In this document: piece by piece, positions 22,019 through 31,475 of the stretch
Numbering within the stretch: the first letter of the stretch is position 1
Layout of the letters: each line of letters begins with the position of its first letter
NCBI GenBank assembly: GCA_026397315.1
Contig: JAPLVC010000006.1
Span: forward strand, 64,001 to 128,000
Length of the DNA: 64,000 bases
Direction: 5' to 3'
Source of the DNA: Candidatus Aenigmatarchaeota archaeon
GTDB taxonomy: Archaea; Aenigmatarchaeota; Aenigmatarchaeia; QMZP01; QMZT01
Notes under the pieces: generated by a model
What the model was told of the DNA's origin: nothing
Databases searched by the model: none
The model's input: the letters and a program-made list of their open reading frames with translations, nothing else
Made by a program: the position numbers and the translations under genes

Positions 22019-22438
22019 TTACACACCAAAGTTCTTTGAAATGTCCTCTATGCGGACGAATTTGCAGCCCGACTTCGTTTTCGTGCTGCTTATTATTTCC
22101 GCCTTGTCGTTCTTGAATTCAATGGGAACTTCCCTGAAGACCTTGAGCTTCCTGTAAGCCGTCCTGCCCCTCGGCTTGTGGAACGGCAGCATGCCCCTGA
22201 TTATTCTCCTGAGAATCCTTTCGGGCTGCTTCGGGTAGAACGGGCCGTGGTATGGGTCGCCTCTCTTTATCTTCTGCTCGTAATCGGCTTCAGTCGCTTT
22301 CGGGTTCCCCGTTATTATCGCCTTCTCGGCGTTGACTATGACTATTTCCTCGCCGTTAAGCAGGCGCTTCGCTACCGTAGACGCGAGCCTTCCTGCAACA
22401 CAATCCTGGGCGTTTATCACGGCGACCATATCAATCAC
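22019..22438 (-). CDS. rpl13: 50S ribosomal protein L13
   Basis: GRLASTVAKRLL, VNAEKAIITG, IRGMLPF. Confidence 0.95.
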   Translation of the reverse strand: MIDMVAVINAQDCVAGRLASTVAKRLLNGEEIVIVNAEKAIITGNPKATEADYEQKIKRGDPYHGPFYPKQPERILRRIIRGMLPFHKPRGRTAYRKLKVFREVPIEFKNDKAEIISSTKTKSGCKFVRIEDISKNFGV

Positions 22439-22807
22439 TTAAGCTATTATCCTGACATCTTTGCCTTTGGGATTCTTCTCGTAAAGCTCTTCAATCGAAA
22501 GGCAGGTCCCGCCCGCCTTTTCAATCTTCTGGCGCGCGCTTCCGGAAAACTTGAGAGCCGCGACATTCACGTGCTTGCTTATCTGGCCTGAGCCAAGCAC
22601 GATGCCGGGAACGACCAACGTCTCTTTCGCCTGCGCGAGCTTCTCTATGCTGGTAAGATTGACCTCAAACTTCACCCTGCTGGGTCTGTTAAGACTCTCC
22701 GCGACAGCTTTCCATACACCGCTTTTGTTCTTGACGCCGTCCACGTAAAGCTTCTCCACAAGCGCTTTCGTGTAGTCGTTCTTGTTCCTTACTTTCATAG
22801 GTATCAA
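22439..22807 (-). CDS. rpl18e: 50S ribosomal protein L18e
   Basis: VVPGIVLGSG, VAALKFSGSARQKIEKAGG, NPKG. Confidence 0.95.
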   Translation of the reverse strand: MIPMKVRNKNDYTKALVEKLYVDGVKNKSGVWKAVAESLNRPSRVKFEVNLTSIEKLAQAKETLVVPGIVLGSGQISKHVNVAALKFSGSARQKIEKAGGTCLSIEELYEKNPKGKDVRIIA

Positions 22808-22892
22808 CGTAATATCGATAGGATAATCTTATGCTAATATATATTTAAATATTAATTAACCATGCATTTCGCTGGAGTGCCCCGACGCTTCG

Positions 22893-23522
22893 CTATTTTA
22901 GCACCTTTCCGGTTTCCAGATACCACAGGTAAAGATCAAGCTCCGAAAGGTTAACGCCTATCTTTGACGCGAACTTCTTCAGGATCTTTTCAATCTCGAT
23001 GTATTTGTTCCTGGTGAGCGTTTTCGGCCGGACGACCGCGCCCCATCTCTCCAGAATGTCGATTATGTGGAAGTCAAGTATCGCGACGTCGATGAAGCCC
23101 ACGTTTCGAAGGAAATGGCTTGCTTCCTTGTATCCGAGGCCTTTCACGTTTTTGACCAGCCATTCGCGCAGGCTCGCGCCATCCGGCGACGACACTATCC
23201 TTTTCAGCGAGCCGAAGTGTTTTCTGGCTTCCACGATGTATTTCGCCCGGACGTTGGGATATCGGTGGCCCAACTCGCGCAGGCGCAACGCTAGCGTGGC
23301 TTCAGGAAGCGTGACGAAGCCGTTGCCTATCGCCTTCTGTATGCGCATGCCGCCTTCCGCGCTGTAGTTAGCGGTCAAGATACAGAAGCACATCTCGCTG
23401 AATAACGCTCGTTCGTCTTTCCGGCCGAGCTCCGCAAATTCGCTGACACGAGTGTCGACTATCTTCTTCATGTCGCCTGCCATTAGCTCGCACACGCGCT
23501 TTATTTCCCTTTCCATATTCAT
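22893..23522 (-). CDS. ogg: 8-oxoguanine DNA glycosylase/AP lyase (Ogg)
   Basis: FCILTAN, HhH VKGLGYKEASHFLRNVG, ILDFH, LDLYLWY. Confidence 0.92.
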   Translation of the reverse strand: MNMEREIKRVCELMAGDMKKIVDTRVSEFAELGRKDERALFSEMCFCILTANYSAEGGMRIQKAIGNGFVTLPEATLALRLRELGHRYPNVRAKYIVEARKHFGSLKRIVSSPDGASLREWLVKNVKGLGYKEASHFLRNVGFIDVAILDFHIIDILERWGAVVRPKTLTRNKYIEIEKILKKFASKIGVNLSELDLYLWYLETGKVLK

Positions 23523-23577
23523 ACCTGCTAAAGCTGATCCTGAAGCAAATAGTGGTTTGTCCGCAAGAAATAAATAG

Positions 23578-24444
23578 CTACCTGCATTTCTGGTAAGGGT
23601 TTCTGGGCACGATTATCCACAATACGATGTAAAGCAGTATGCCGAAGCCCCATGCGAGCGTCCCGATTATCCAAAGTATCCTTATTATCGTCGGGTCGAT
23701 GCCAAGGTATTCGGCTATGCCGCCGCACACTCCGCCCAGAATCTTGTCCTTGCATGACCTGTACAGCCTGCGGACTTCTTCTGAGTTTTGCGTTTTTACG
23801 GGTTTTGTCCTTTCCACTACACGCTCCTCGTGCTGGTAAAGCGTCTTTTCAGTCGCGATAATTATCGCCAGGACGATGTAGCCCACGCAAAGGAAAAGCC
23901 AGAATACGAGAAATATGCTCTGGCTTATGTATGAAACGAGGCTGGATATGAAAGCTATGTTCAGCGTCGTGTTCATGATTTGCAGCGCGTGCGCCCCTAT
24001 CCAGAAGCACGTCGCTATGCCGACGGCGACCGAAACCGGGGAGAACAGCCTGTAAAGCCTGTAGTTGACCTTGCAGAAATGCGAAGTGTACGAGAAGAAC
24101 AGCATGAGCATGAAGAACACTCCGATGTTGCCTGTAAGGAACGCGTTTATGTCATTGAGCAGCCAGCTCTGGACGTTGTTGTTTATGAAAGATATGACCC
24201 ATGTGAGAAGGACCATTATTATGATGCCTATGACGCTGGTTATGAGGGGCCCCAGCACGCCGAAAGTCTTGCTGAAAGAATTGTCAAATTCATTCCCCTT
24301 TTTCTCCCATTCCCTGCCACGACGTTCCATGTGCCTGCCGAAGCGGTTGCCGAGATCCTCGACTTCGTCTCCGAAATCCCTGAAGCGCTTATCCATGACA
24401 GTTTCTTTTTTCGTTGTTTTGATTGGCTTCTTTTTTCTGGCCAT
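23578..24444 (-). CDS. Membrane protein with C-terminal PspC domain
   Basis: RRLYRSCKDKILGGVCGGIAEYLGIDPTIIR; 4 upstream TMs. Confidence 0.88.
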   Translation of the reverse strand: MARKKKPIKTTKKETVMDKRFRDFGDEVEDLGNRFGRHMERRGREWEKKGNEFDNSFSKTFGVLGPLITSVIGIIIMVLLTWVISFINNNVQSWLLNDINAFLTGNIGVFFMLMLFFSYTSHFCKVNYRLYRLFSPVSVAVGIATCFWIGAHALQIMNTTLNIAFISSLVSYISQSIFLVFWLFLCVGYIVLAIIIATEKTLYQHEERVVERTKPVKTQNSEEVRRLYRSCKDKILGGVCGGIAEYLGIDPTIIRILWIIGTLAWGFGILLYIVLWIIVPRNPYQKCR

Positions 24445-24516
24445 ACAAATATTTCGTTTCCTTTATTTAAACGTCTTTTCGCCTGATTTTTATACGGCTT
24501 CGTCCAAAGTATTAAC

Positions 24517-25257
24517 ATGCTTGAAATGTTCATAGTCAGCCTGCTGGCGGGCCTGGCGACCGCGCTCGGGGGCCTTATAGTCATTTATGTCAGGAAGATT
24601 GGCCAGCGCACGCTGGGCTTTGGCCTCGGGTTTTCCAGCGGCGTCATGATAATAATAGCGTTCCTCAGTCTCTTTTTCAAGGCCGTGCAGTTCGGGACAT
24701 ATGAGCTCGCCGTCATGTCCTTCATGGCGGGCGCGCTGCTGATGATGGCCCTTGACTTCTTCGTACCGCACCAGTATTTCATAAAGGAAGCGCGCTTCGA
24801 AAAGGAAAGCCGCCTGAGATTTCTTAGGGTGGGAATGATGGTTGCCATTGGCATGACGCTGCACAATTTCCCGGAAGGCGCGATAGTCGGTATCGGCTAC
24901 ACCGTGCTTCCCGCCTTCGGTATAGTGCTTGCTATTGCCATAGCGGTTCACAACATACCGGAGGGCGTTGCAATCGCCCTGCCTTTAAGGGCGAGCGGTA
25001 TGAAAAAGTCGAAGACATTTTTGATAACGCTTGCATCGGGTCTGGTGGAACCGTTCGGAGCGCTTGTCTCCGTGGTTTTCCTCTCAGCCGTGGCAGGCAT
25101 AGTGCCCATTGCCCTCGCGTTCACGGCTGGCGTCATGGTTTACCTGGTCGTGGACGAACTCATACCCCTTGCCAACAAGGAATGCGACCTGCACTCGATA
25201 AGCATCGGTATAATTTTTGGCATGGGGCTGGCGTTTATCCTGGAAACTCTGGTGTAA
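24517..25257 (+). CDS. ZIP family metal transporter (ZupT/GufA-like)
   Basis: HNFPEG and HNIPEG motifs. Confidence 0.92.
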   Translation: MLEMFIVSLLAGLATALGGLIVIYVRKIGQRTLGFGLGFSSGVMIIIAFLSLFFKAVQFGTYELAVMSFMAGALLMMALDFFVPHQYFIKEARFEKESRLRFLRVGMMVAIGMTLHNFPEGAIVGIGYTVLPAFGIVLAIAIAVHNIPEGVAIALPLRASGMKKSKTFLITLASGLVEPFGALVSVVFLSAVAGIVPIALAFTAGVMVYLVVDELIPLANKECDLHSISIGIIFGMGLAFILETLV

Positions 25258-25301
25258 GCCCGGGATTCAGAATTTGAAAATTACCACAGCCACGTTTTCT
25301 G

Positions 25302-25910
25302 CTAGTTTTTCAGCAGGTCTTCAAGGCGCTTGTTGACCGCGTTCCAGTCGACGACGTTCCAGAATGCCTCGATGAATTTCGCGCGGTCGTTTTTGTAGTC
25401 AATATAATACGCATGCTCGAACACATCTACCACCATCAGTATCCTGAACATCGGGTAGACGTTTGCGTTGTGTTTCTCCACCTGCATGATTATGGGACGT
25501 CCTGTTTGCCTGCAGAACGTCAGCGCGGCCCAGCCGCTGCCTTCGACGCTCATCGCGGCTTGGGTGAACTCTTTTTTGAAGCGCTCAAAACTGCCGAACT
25601 CGTGGTTTATGGCGTCGAGTATCCTGCCATGAGGCTGCGTCTTATGCGGAGGCGAAAGATTGCCCCAGAACAGCGAATGCATAAGATGGCCGCCGATATG
25701 GAACGACAGCTCTTTGAGCGTCGCCTTCATGTCCACGTCGTTCCCATCAACTCTCGCCTTGTCCAGTTTTTGCAGTATCGCATTCGCGCCGTTCACATAC
25801 GCCTGATGATGCTTCTCGTAATGTATCTTCACCTGCTCCTCCGAAATGTGCGGCGACAAATCGCCGTAGCCGAAATTGAGTTTCGGCAAAGAATATAGTT
25901 TTCCTTCCAT
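25302..25910 (-). CDS. sod: Fe/Mn superoxide dismutase
   Basis: HYEKHHQAYV, HSLFW, GSGWA, DVFEHAYYIDY. Confidence 0.96.
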   Translation of the reverse strand: MEGKLYSLPKLNFGYGDLSPHISEEQVKIHYEKHHQAYVNGANAILQKLDKARVDGNDVDMKATLKELSFHIGGHLMHSLFWGNLSPPHKTQPHGRILDAINHEFGSFERFKKEFTQAAMSVEGSGWAALTFCRQTGRPIIMQVEKHNANVYPMFRILMVVDVFEHAYYIDYKNDRAKFIEAFWNVVDWNAVNKRLEDLLKN

Positions 25911-25931
25911 GCGATCACTCCAGCTATTTTA

Positions 25932-26285
25932 TCATAAACAAGGTTTCCCTTCAAAAGGACCGTACCATCCACCTAGTAATTCTCCAGGCATATCTACTAT
26001 CCAAAAGATGTTTTCATTTCCAGAATAAAAAGCATATCTCCAAGGCTCATCCATTATATTTGGATCATCTGAATCTAAGATAATTTTAGTTAATGTAGAA
26101 TTGTCATTAGGAGATCTAGGATTTTGATCTCCCCACCCTTGTGGTGTCTTGGAAGAGTCAATAATTTTATGAGCATCATCAAGAACAAAATTTGTACAAA
26201 TAATATTTTTTGGAATTAAAAAATATACACCACATATGACAATCGCTACAATTATTAATAATCCAATTAATAATTTGGTTTTCAT
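25932..26285 (-). CDS. Hypothetical secreted/membrane-anchored protein (AT-rich insertion)
   Basis: N-terminal TM, two additional Cys, low GC, own TTTAAA box. Confidence 0.6.
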   Translation of the reverse strand: MKTKLLIGLLIIVAIVICGVYFLIPKNIICTNFVLDDAHKIIDSSKTPQGWGDQNPRSPNDNSTLTKIILDSDDPNIMDEPWRYAFYSGNENIFWIVDMPGELLGGWYGPFEGKPCL

Positions 26286-26353
26286 AATTTCAAATATAGA
26301 CTATTTGTTTTTAAAGATTTCTAAATGCGAGGGCTCAGATTAATATTGCACAA

Positions 26354-26485
26354 TCATTTCTTTTTCTTCCCTTTCTCGAGCTTCATGGGCTGGCCGCAGC
26401 ATACCAGTGTGCCTGCGCCATTCTCGACGACTTTCACGACGTTGCCGCATATGAGGCATCTGTAAGTTTCCCCTACCTTTGTCAT
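26354..26485 (-). CDS. Desulforedoxin-like FeS4 protein (43 aa; not in ORF track)
   Basis: MTKVGETYRCLICGNVVKVVENGAGTLVCCGQPMKLEKGKKKK, with CxxC...CCG motif. Confidence 0.9.
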   Translation of the reverse strand: MTKVGETYRCLICGNVVKVVENGAGTLVCCGQPMKLEKGKKKK

Positions 26486-26519
26486 ACCTATCACTTTCTC
26501 CTTGAATATTTTTCGCTGG

Positions 26520-26804
26520 TCATTTTTTTCTCATGAAAAGGCCGCACCAGCATCGCCCTTCCTTTGACCATATTTCCTGCGCCTTGAAATTGCAGGGGCA
26601 TATGAGTTTTAAGTCGCCTTCCTTCGTCCCGTCCCTCAGTCTGCACGGACAAAGCTTCATGCCGTATTTTTTTTCGTTCATTTTGAGCCCTTTGAAAATC
26701 AGGCCCACGTGATTTTTGTCCGGGTTGAGCGCGAAGTCTTTTTTGTCAGTGAACTTGTTCCAGAGTGCGATCATGTCTTTCAATTCTGCTGCTGCGTTGG
26801 TCAT
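26520..26804 (-). CDS. Ferredoxin-thioredoxin reductase catalytic subunit
   Basis: CPC...CPC...CWC motifs; start MTNAAAELK overlaps the upstream stop. Confidence 0.9.
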   Translation of the reverse strand: MTNAAAELKDMIALWNKFTDKKDFALNPDKNHVGLIFKGLKMNEKKYGMKLCPCRLRDGTKEGDLKLICPCNFKAQEIWSKEGRCWCGLFMRKK

Positions 26805-27322
26805 TTTTTCAGGCGCTCCTCCGAGAGGTGCAGGTGGTCGGTCTCGATTTCGACGAGAGCCTGAAATATTTCTTTCACCCGCGGATTCGCCGATTCGCCA
26901 GCGGCTCTGCTGTAAAATTCGATAGCGCGCGTCTCTCTCGCGTGTGAGTCTTCCAGATTCTCTCGATTCTGCACATGACACTGCTCGCTGCCGTCGGGTA
27001 CTTTGTTGAACTTCAGTATCTTTCTCCATATGGTTGCGTGTTCCGCTTCTATCTTGCCCAGTGCCTTGAATAGCAGGCGTCCCTCGTCATCGTCAGTCTT
27101 GCTGGCCGCGCAGAAATAAAACGTAGCATTGCTTACCTCGACCTTGAGCGCGCGCTCCACGTTTTCCCTGTCTTTTGCGTTGAGCTCCACGTCGAAATTC
27201 GCTTTCGCAACTTTCGCTACCTTTATGTATTTCTGGTGCGCCCCGCAGAACGGGCAGTTCTTGGGCGGCGCATCGCCTATGTAAGGATCTCCGCAAATCT
27301 CGCATCTCCACAGCACTACCAT
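26801..27322 (-). CDS. Rubredoxin-ferritin-like fusion (reverse rubrerythrin type)
   Basis: N-terminal WRCEICG...CPFCG, followed by ExxH di-iron motifs EAEH and ETDH. Confidence 0.88.
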   Translation of the reverse strand: MVVLWRCEICGDPYIGDAPPKNCPFCGAHQKYIKVAKVAKANFDVELNAKDRENVERALKVEVSNATFYFCAASKTDDDEGRLLFKALGKIEAEHATIWRKILKFNKVPDGSEQCHVQNRENLEDSHARETRAIEFYSRAAGESANPRVKEIFQALVEIETDHLHLSEERLKK

Positions 27323-27344
27323 ATTATCACCATCTCAGACAATT

Positions 27345-27608
27345 TCAACCATCAACTTCTTTCCTGCCGTTTTCCAGCTCTTTTGCCAGCTGTTTGTCGA
27401 ATTTGAGCAGCATCGTCTGGAACTCGCCGAAATGCGTTTTCTCTTCCTTGGCTATGTCGAGAAGCCTTTCCTTCAGCTTCCTCTCCGTCGCCATGGTAGC
27501 CATCTGCTCGTAAAGGTTGACTGCGTCGAGCTCGGCTATCATGCCCACGCGTGCTATCTGCTCGTCTATATTTTCCTTGCCAATCCTCTTCGGAATGTCC
27601 GACATCAT
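27345..27608 (-). CDS. Short ferritin-like protein (encapsulin-cargo Flp-like)
   Basis: AELDAVNLYEQMA...DIAKEEKTHFGEF. Confidence 0.85.
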   Translation of the reverse strand: MMSDIPKRIGKENIDEQIARVGMIAELDAVNLYEQMATMATERKLKERLLDIAKEEKTHFGEFQTMLLKFDKQLAKELENGRKEVDG

Positions 27609-27613
27609 ACTCT

Positions 27614-28300
27614 CTACCTCCCCTTATGACCTTTTGGCTCTTCCAGTTTTTTGTGGCACAGCCACCAGTCAAAGCATTGTATCTCGCCCTTGCTGGCCTG
27701 CTCCTTTCTTTCGGCTATCATGCTCTCGCTCACTGCAGGCGGGACAATCACTTCGTCGCCGACAAGCTCGTTGTTCGGCCAGTTCGCAGGGCACGCCACT
27801 TTATGCGCGTCCACTATCTGCAGTCCCTTCAGCATGCGCAGTATCTCATCCATGTTCCTGCCTAACTCTTGAGGGTAGTAAAGCATCGCCCTCAGCGTTC
27901 CGGTCGGGTCTATGAAGAAAACCGCGCGAACGGTGTTCGTTCCCTTGCTCGGGTGTATCATGCCCAGCATCTCGGCTATCTTCCCCCGGTCGTCGGCTAT
28001 GACCGGGAATTTTATCTCGACGCCCAACTTCTCCTTTATCCACTCGATCCATTTCAGATGGCTGAAGACCTGATCTATGCTCAGGCCCACCAGCTCCGCG
28101 CCGAGCGCCCTGAACTGGTCAAACCTCTTCTGGAACGCGACGAACTCAGTAGTGCACACCGGCGTGTAATCTGCCGGATGCGAGAAAAGAACGACCCATT
28201 TTCCTTTGTAATCATGGGGAAAATTGAGCATCCCGTGCGTTGTTTTTGCCTCGAACTCAGGCACCTTTTCGCCAAGCAATGGCATTCTTGAATTTTCCAT
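27614..28300 (-). CDS. Peroxiredoxin (archaeal Prx6 type)
   Basis: [30 protein letters not shown]. Confidence 0.96.
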   Translation of the reverse strand: MENSRMPLLGEKVPEFEAKTTHGMLNFPHDYKGKWVVLFSHPADYTPVCTTEFVAFQKRFDQFRALGAELVGLSIDQVFSHLKWIEWIKEKLGVEIKFPVIADDRGKIAEMLGMIHPSKGTNTVRAVFFIDPTGTLRAMLYYPQELGRNMDEILRMLKGLQIVDAHKVACPANWPNNELVGDEVIVPPAVSESMIAERKEQASKGEIQCFDWWLCHKKLEEPKGHKGR

Positions 28301-28345
28301 AATCCACCCCTCTTTATTTGAAATCTCTGGGCGCTTTATAAATTT

Positions 28346-28606
28346 TTATAAACCCAATTCCTTGTCTATCGCGGCCCTGTCGAAGCCGACTATAACCTTG
28401 CCGTTTATCTCTATCTGTGGCACTCCGGTAAAGCCGGATTTGGCTATCATTTCCCTTGCCGCGTTCTCATTCGACGATACGTCTATGTCCTCGAATTTCA
28501 CGTTCTTAGCTTTAAGATAGTCCTTTGCCATGTGACAATAAGGGCATGTCGGAGTCGAATATATTTTCACTTTCGCTATTTTTTTATTGGTTTCCATTTC
28601 AACCAC
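28346..28606 (-). CDS. Glutaredoxin-like protein (NrdH/YruB)
   Basis: YSTPTCPYC, GVPQIEING. Confidence 0.93.
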   Translation of the reverse strand: MVEMETNKKIAKVKIYSTPTCPYCHMAKDYLKAKNVKFEDIDVSSNENAAREMIAKSGFTGVPQIEINGKVIVGFDRAAIDKELGL

Positions 28607-28671
28607 TCTCCTATGCTTTCAATATAATAAGTTCAGATAAGTATATAAATATGTTCGAATATATAAACATT

Positions 28672-29097
28672 ATGGTTCGAATTTCAAACTTAGAGCTGGT
28701 CAAGTTATTGAAAGAAAATTCCAGATCATCATATGTCGATATGGCCAGGCACTTCGGCGTGACCGAAACGGCTGTGAGAAAGCGCGTCAAGAACCTTGAG
28801 GTGATTGGCGTGATAAAAAAATACACTATAGACGTAGACCCGAAGAAAATCGGCTTTGACGTCGACACGCTTATAGGCATCGACACGATGCCAGAAAAAT
28901 ATATCCACGTGATGGAGAAGCTCAGACCCATGAAAGAAGTGATGAGACTATGTTCCGCGTCAGGAGATCACATGCTCATGATAGAGTGCTGGTTCCAGAA
29001 CTCGCGCGACTTCACTAAATTCATAAAGATGCTGGAAAAAATGGACGGAGTGACAAAGGTCTGCCCGGCAATAATAAACGAAAAAATGAAGTGCTAG
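28672..29097 (+). CDS. Lrp/AsnC family transcriptional regulator (LrpA-like), divergent from redox operon
   Basis: HTH LKENSRSSYVDMARHFGVTETAVRKRV, SGDHMLM, VCPAII. Confidence 0.92.
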   Translation: MVRISNLELVKLLKENSRSSYVDMARHFGVTETAVRKRVKNLEVIGVIKKYTIDVDPKKIGFDVDTLIGIDTMPEKYIHVMEKLRPMKEVMRLCSASGDHMLMIECWFQNSRDFTKFIKMLEKMDGVTKVCPAIINEKMKC

Positions 29098-29100
29098 GCG

Positions 29101-29889
29101 CTAGAGCTCCGCGCCTTTAAGCGCGCTCGCGCATGCGCACTCGCGCTCCTTTGGGAATTTGGCCACGAGTCTTTCCAGAACTTTTTTAACATTTTCCGTG
29201 CTCTTGTGCATCGCTTTTATGACCTCTTCTGCCGAGACAGCTCCCTCTTTCCAGCAGTCGTAGTCAGTGACCGTCGCAATAGTCAGATAACAGATTTCCT
29301 TTTCCCTCGCCAGTGTGACTTCAGGCACGAGCGTCATGCCGATTACGTCCGCTTTAATCATGCGCCACGCGTTCGACTCGGCCCTCGATGAAAAGCGCGG
29401 GCCGTCGATGCAGATGTAAGTTCCCTCTTCGTGGTGGCGCAGCTTCAGCTCTTTCAGGACTTTCATCGCGGCAGCTCTCATCTCGCTGCAGAAGGGGTCG
29501 GCGAGCGAAACGTGCACGACTTTCGGACCATCGTAGAATGTCGTGCTGCGCATTTTAGTCATGTCTATGAACTGGTCCGGGATGACGATGTCGCCTGGTC
29601 TCATATCCTCTTTCAAAGAGCCGACAGCAGCCATGCCTATGATTCTCTCGACGCCGAGTTTCTCGAGCGCTGCGATGTTCGCGCGGTAGTTTACCTTGTG
29701 CGGCGGAATCGTGTGCTTCTCCCCGTGCCGGAAAATGAATGCGACTTTCACGCCATTGTAAGTCCCGAGTATGATTTTGCTTGAAGGCTTTCCGTAAGGC
29801 GTGGAAACGTCGATCTTTTTCACGTTCTCGAGCATACTTTCAGAATAAATTCCCGTCCCGCCGATGATGCCGATTTGCGCTTCCGCCAT
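29101..29889 (-). CDS. mtnP: S-methyl-5'-thioadenosine phosphorylase
   Basis: IGIIGGTG, RHGEKHTIPPHKVNYRANI, GPRFSSRAES, VTDYDCW. Confidence 0.93.
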   Translation of the reverse strand: MAEAQIGIIGGTGIYSESMLENVKKIDVSTPYGKPSSKIILGTYNGVKVAFIFRHGEKHTIPPHKVNYRANIAALEKLGVERIIGMAAVGSLKEDMRPGDIVIPDQFIDMTKMRSTTFYDGPKVVHVSLADPFCSEMRAAAMKVLKELKLRHHEEGTYICIDGPRFSSRAESNAWRMIKADVIGMTLVPEVTLAREKEICYLTIATVTDYDCWKEGAVSAEEVIKAMHKSTENVKKVLERLVAKFPKERECACASALKGAEL

Positions 29890-30013
29890 ACACATTTTTT
29901 GTTGCTGTGACTTAAATAATTCACTTTTATTGTTTGAAAAGCAAGCGAAAAATTCTTAAATCCAGATATCTTAAAATAAAGATACTTTAAAAGGAATAAT
30001 GTTAATAAAATAA

Positions 30014-31063
30014 TTGATTATGACTGCTAAAGAGATTGCGAAAGAGAAGATTCTCGTCATCAGCGTTGACAGGGATAACGATGTCGGCCAGAAGACGGGC
30101 ATCGAAGGCCCGATTGTCGGGCGCGAGAAGGCGATAGATGCAGCCACGAAACTCAGCGTCAAGGACCCGGAGGAAAGCGACAGCAACGCCATATTCGGCG
30201 CGGTCAAGCTTCTCGACGAGCTCGGTGAGAAGTACGAAGCGGAGGTCGCTGTCATAACCGGCCACAAAAACAGGGGCATAGATGCCGACCGCGAAATATC
30301 CAGGCAACTGGACCACGTCCTCGAAAAGAGGCCGAGCGATTTTGTCATTCTCGTAAGCGATGGTATGGACGATGAATACGTCGTCCCGATAATCCAGTCG
30401 CGCATTCCAATTTTATCAGTGAAGCGCATCGTGGTCCGCCAGGCGGAGCAACTGGAATCCGGCTACTACGCGATAAAGGATTTCCTGAAGGAAACGCTCG
30501 ATAATCCGAAATTCGCGAGGCTGTTCTTCGGCCTTCCGGCGATAGCGCTGCTGCTTTATGCGTGGCTCGGAGATACGGGGTGGCGGCTCATCATCATAGT
30601 TGTGGGAGTGTACCTTTTTGCAAAGGGCTTCAAACTAGAAGATTACCTTTTCGGCGCGATAAGTGAGATGAAGGAGTCACTCGCTCGCAGGAGATTCGCC
30701 TTTTTCATGTACATCGTCTCGATAGCCGTTACCATGCTCGCCATATACAGGGGCTACAATTCGGTAATCGATTTCATAAACCTGGGCATGTTCGAGGCGG
30801 CCGCAGCGTTTCTGGTAGCGTCGATTTATTTCTTCTGGATAGCCGGCACGATAGCATGGCTCGGCAAGAACATACGCCTTAAAGACAAGAAGACTTCGCG
30901 CATAGTTTCAATACCGTTGTTCGGCCTGTCGGCGACGCTCGTCATATACAACGCGTCCGAAATCATACTGGCACCAGAGCTCTCGTCGTTCAATTTCATA
31001 CTCTCGATAGCGGTGGGATTCGTGCTCGCTTTCATGGCACTCATGATAGAAACAATGGACTAA
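30014..31063 (+). CDS. DUF373 family membrane protein
   Basis: VDRDNDVG, DPEESDSNAIF, VSDGMDDE, C-terminal TMs. Confidence 0.85.
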   Translation: MIMTAKEIAKEKILVISVDRDNDVGQKTGIEGPIVGREKAIDAATKLSVKDPEESDSNAIFGAVKLLDELGEKYEAEVAVITGHKNRGIDADREISRQLDHVLEKRPSDFVILVSDGMDDEYVVPIIQSRIPILSVKRIVVRQAEQLESGYYAIKDFLKETLDNPKFARLFFGLPAIALLLYAWLGDTGWRLIIIVVGVYLFAKGFKLEDYLFGAISEMKESLARRRFAFFMYIVSIAVTMLAIYRGYNSVIDFINLGMFEAAAAFLVASIYFFWIAGTIAWLGKNIRLKDKKTSRIVSIPLFGLSATLVIYNASEIILAPELSSFNFILSIAVGFVLAFMALMIETMD

Positions 31064-31074
31064 CGCTAGCGTCG

Positions 31075-31443
31075 CTAACGCGTCTTCTTTTTCTTCCCTG
31101 TTTTCAGCATCTTTGAAATTTCTTTCGCCGCGCCGCCGAACTCTTTCAGGTCGCTGCTGGCGCCGGGGTAATAGACGTTCATAAGCTCGGACATCTTCTG
31201 CTCCATCTCAGTTATCGAGTCTATGTATGCCTTGCGCATGCCTATGTTGAAAAGCAGAATCGCTAGCAAATTGAGCGCGAGCATGGAGACGCGTATCAGC
31301 ATGTCCATCTCGATGTTGTTCAGTATCGTGTATAATATCATGAAAAGATACGCGAACGAGATGCCGACGGCGACGAGGTATTCGTAGGTCAGCCTCTGGT
31401 ATTTGAGGGAAAAGTAGCTTATGTAGTTGGTTGCGTCGTCCAT
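31075..31443 (-). CDS. Hypothetical 2-TM protein
   Basis: ORF with genome-typical codon usage, two TMs, basic tail. Confidence 0.6.
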   Translation of the reverse strand: MDDATNYISYFSLKYQRLTYEYLVAVGISFAYLFMILYTILNNIEMDMLIRVSMLALNLLAILLFNIGMRKAYIDSITEMEQKMSELMNVYYPGASSDLKEFGGAAKEISKMLKTGKKKKTR

Positions 31444-31475
31444 GTTAAAATCTTGTCATGCGTCAAATAAAAGTC

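Noticed and set aside
26805-27029. N-terminal extension of the FTR ORF
   Set aside because: It overlaps the rubredoxin-ferritin gene in another frame; ATG 26804 gives a normal coupled start.
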